This document shows, one piece after another, positions 61,529 to 64,000 of a DNA stretch of 64,000 nucleotides (position 1 is its first letter; each line of letters begins with the position of its first letter). A program made the position numbers and the translations under genes. The DNA comes from Candidatus Altimarinota bacterium (GTDB lineage: Bacteria; Patescibacteriota; Gracilibacteria; JBDHUY01), in NCBI GenBank assembly GCA_039809385.1, contig JBDHUY010000004.1:1-64000 (forward strand), read 5' to 3'. The notes beneath the pieces were generated by a model. It worked only from the letters and a program-made list of their open reading frames with translations, ran no database searches and was not told the origin of the DNA.

Positions 61529-62146
61529 TTGAATCACTATCTCCATAAGGAGGATGAGAAGAGAAATACCAATAATTCACAGAACAATCTGCGTAATCCG
61601 AGGAACATTTTCCTGACTGGTTTTTTAATAGCCGCGGGTATTCTTCCGAGTATTCCGTATACTACAAAAGCGGCTGATGGTTCGAAAATAAAAACCTCTG
61701 ATGGGAGTGTTGTTGCGAAACAGCTTGAAGGATCGGAGGCAGAGACAGCCCTTTCAGAAACGGAGCATCTTTCATTGCAGGTTACACCAGCTGAAATTAG
61801 TTATCCTGATGACTTTACAGGGAGAGACACTTTGACAGTTACTACACAGCTTACCCTACGTTCTCCAAAAGACTCAGTTCAACGTGATTTTCCGGTAACA
61901 TATAAGACAAAATCTAACCATCCGAGTGTTGATAATGGGAAGCCAACGATTCATTCCAAAGTAAGTTTTAATCAAACCCCGGGAACTATTACTTTTCCGA
62001 GCACATTCTCGAGCGATACTATTAAAAATCTGATCGGAAATAAGGGAGAATCAGTAAGTATTATAGCTATAGTCACATATACTGATCCAAAAACGGGCCT
62101 ACAAAAAAACGAAAAGGTTCAGGTAAAGATTCTAATCAAACAATGA
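61529..62146 (+). CDS. Exported beta-rich (Ig-like?) hypothetical protein
   Basis: Hydrophobic signal-like segment then Thr/Ser-rich beta strands; start uncertain. Confidence 0.6.
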   Translation: MNHYLHKEDEKRNTNNSQNNLRNPRNIFLTGFLIAAGILPSIPYTTKAADGSKIKTSDGSVVAKQLEGSEAETALSETEHLSLQVTPAEISYPDDFTGRDTLTVTTQLTLRSPKDSVQRDFPVTYKTKSNHPSVDNGKPTIHSKVSFNQTPGTITFPSTFSSDTIKNLIGNKGESVSIIAIVTYTDPKTGLQKNEKVQVKILIKQ

Positions 62147-62296
62147 ATATTGAAAATTCGTTTTGATGAATACTGTCAGAATGCGAATTTATTTCTGTTC
62201 CTTTGTGTTACCGGATAAACTTCTTTCGATTCGATAGTAGATTTATTGTTCCATTTAAACACATCCTATGGTAAAATAATCTGATGTTCTTTTTCC

Positions 62297-64000
62297 ATGC
62301 GCAAAAACATATACAAAAACATAGTGGCGGCTCTTTTTCTGGCGCTGGGAATCTTCTCCGCAGCGGGTCCGGTCGTGGCCCAGCAGCAAAATGGCAATGC
62401 TGCTTCATCCAAAGTGCCGCCGCTCAATATCTTCGTCCATAAAAACGATCCCTATAGTACGCTGTGGGACGAGGTGGATCAACAAATGAAGATTACGTAT
62501 TTCAGAGATGATCAAAAGCTGGGAGAAACCTACTATCCTCCCAACTTGTTGCGACCCGTCAACGGAAATGCGAATGCTGCGCCGCAGCTAATAACCGAAG
62601 CTTTTGTTTCTCTGGATATTGTCACGCAGCCCGGTACCTACCGCGCCGTCATCGAGGCGGGTGCCGACGGAGCTATTCCGCGGTATAAAACGGATCAAAG
62701 CGGTACCACGGTGCAGGAAGGGACGATCGATATCTACCAGTGTATCGAAAATCCTTTGTTGCCGTTGAAAGCGCGCTGCGAATACAGTATCCAGATTTCA
62801 GAACAAGATATTCTCAACCGGACCAGACGCAACGAAGCTTTTCGCCTCGATCTGGTGGTAATTCCCAAAGAACTTGCCCGCGAGCCCGATGTCGAAGATA
62901 CGCTGATCGAAGGGAAAAATTCCGAATACGACCAGCTGGTTACGTTTGTCGGACGCTTTGCCGCCCGTATTCAAAGTCTGCTCAACTGGAGTCTGGCGAT
63001 CACCCAGGAAAGCTTTGCCAATCCGACCATCGAGCGCGTATTTTCGCGTGTGCTGAATATCGTCAACGGTTTTTTCATTGTCGTACTCCTGGCAATCGCC
63101 TTCATGTGGAATTTGTCGATCGTCATCCCGAAGAAATATCTGAGAAAGATCGTCATTATTTTCTTTTTCGCCGCGATTTTGGTGAACTTCGCTCTGCCGG
63201 TAAATCGTTTGCTGATCAATATTACCAATTCGGTACAAAACAGTTTTCTGGTCAAAGACGTCCGGACTGAAGAAGGTATTCGAAAACAACGCATTACCTC
63301 CCAAGATTTACTGATGATCTACGGGGTCGAGTACGGCGATTTCGTGGGCGAGTCGAAAGCCGATTATCTCGATAAACGGTACCCTGACGACAGTATTCCG
63401 CCTTCCTTTCCTCAAGGGGAAAAGCTTAATGAATTTGGCGAACTGCAAGATCGTTTCGTCAACCGTAATAAAGAACCGATCTATTTCAATATTGCTCTGG
63501 TGGCTTTGGGCAGTATCGGGCAACTTCTGATTGCCTTGCTGATTATTCTGCGGATCATCATTTTATGGTTTCTGCTGATTTTGTCGCCGTTTTTGTTTTT
63601 GCTCTTTACGCTTAACTTTCTCAAACAATTTTTTCGTTACTGGATCTGGTTTTATTTCCGATGGCTCTTCATCGGCCCGATCTTGGCTATGTGTCTCTAT
63701 ATTATTGTCAATATCTGGTCCCTGACCGGTGTCCCTATCGAAAGTACGGCTCCGTTGCCGGGAGGATTGTCATTTGATAATGCAACGAATCTCTATCTGG
63801 CCGCTCCGGGAGTTTTCTCAGGTTTTTTAAACACGCCCCGCGAGGTCATGAAATACTTGGCCGCGTTGCTCATGTTATACTTGTCCGTCTTATTGCCATT
63901 CTGGCTTACCCGCAGGATCGGGGGAGGAGAATGTTGTATGGATCAAGGGCTGTTGTCCAAACTTAGAACCTCTACCAAAATTTCTCCCGGCAGTACGCGT
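62297..64000 (+). CDS. VirB6/TrbL-like polytopic membrane protein (runs off the window end)
   Basis: My translation from ATG 62297: MRKNIYKNIVAALFLALG..., AAILVNFALP, LRIIILWFLLILSPF, FFRYW; no stop seen before 64000; missing from the ORF track. Confidence 0.75.
   Translation, partial: MRKNIYKNIVAALFLALGIFSAAGPVVAQQQNGNAASSKVPPLNIFVHKNDPYSTLWDEVDQQMKITYFRDDQKLGETYYPPNLLRPVNGNANAAPQLITEAFVSLDIVTQPGTYRAVIEAGADGAIPRYKTDQSGTTVQEGTIDIYQCIENPLLPLKARCEYSIQISEQDILNRTRRNEAFRLDLVVIPKELAREPDVEDTLIEGKNSEYDQLVTFVGRFAARIQSLLNWSLAITQESFANPTIERVFSRVLNIVNGFFIVVLLAIAFMWNLSIVIPKKYLRKIVIIFFFAAILVNFALPVNRLLINITNSVQNSFLVKDVRTEEGIRKQRITSQDLLMIYGVEYGDFVGESKADYLDKRYPDDSIPPSFPQGEKLNEFGELQDRFVNRNKEPIYFNIALVALGSIGQLLIALLIILRIIILWFLLILSPFLFLLFTLNFLKQFFRYWIWFYFRWLFIGPILAMCLYIIVNIWSLTGVPIESTAPLPGGLSFDNATNLYLAAPGVFSGFLNTPREVMKYLAALLMLYLSVLLPFWLTRRIGGGECCMDQGLLSKLRTSTKISPGSTR

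Overview
Chromosomal 64-kb segment of a genetic-code-11 bacterium. Gene content and style point to Patescibacteria/CPR, possibly Peregrinibacteria-like (inference): dispersed PrgI, VirD4 and VirB6-like genes, TrmB next to Cys-rich zinc-ribbon paralogs, and pyrimidine-rich leaders with no Shine-Dalgarno. Housekeeping genes are murE, ligA, lspA, recG, lgt, an N-terminally truncated polA, gltX, ftsK, rpsT, tRNA-Val(CAC) and a CAT-anticodon tRNA. Accessory content includes an Rhs remnant, a 2118-aa coiled-coil protein, a large lipoprotein beside lgt, an HD-GYP protein and an accessory cluster after the tRNA. Most notable: (1) a TrmB regulator divergent from four tandem Cys-rich solenoid/zinc-ribbon paralogs separated by GTAG-type REP palindromes; (2) an LCP gene split at an A10/A_AAA_AAG -1 slip site, with further A-run -1 breaks elsewhere; (3) two unannotated structured RNA candidates, about 34314-34572 upstream of the split polA and about 41519-41652 with its own promoter and terminator; (4) a family of 7-nt-periodic intergenic arrays and nested REP-like hairpins. 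No CRISPR array, rRNA, integrase, transposase or reverse transcriptase was seen. All product calls come from motif recognition by eye, not database searches.
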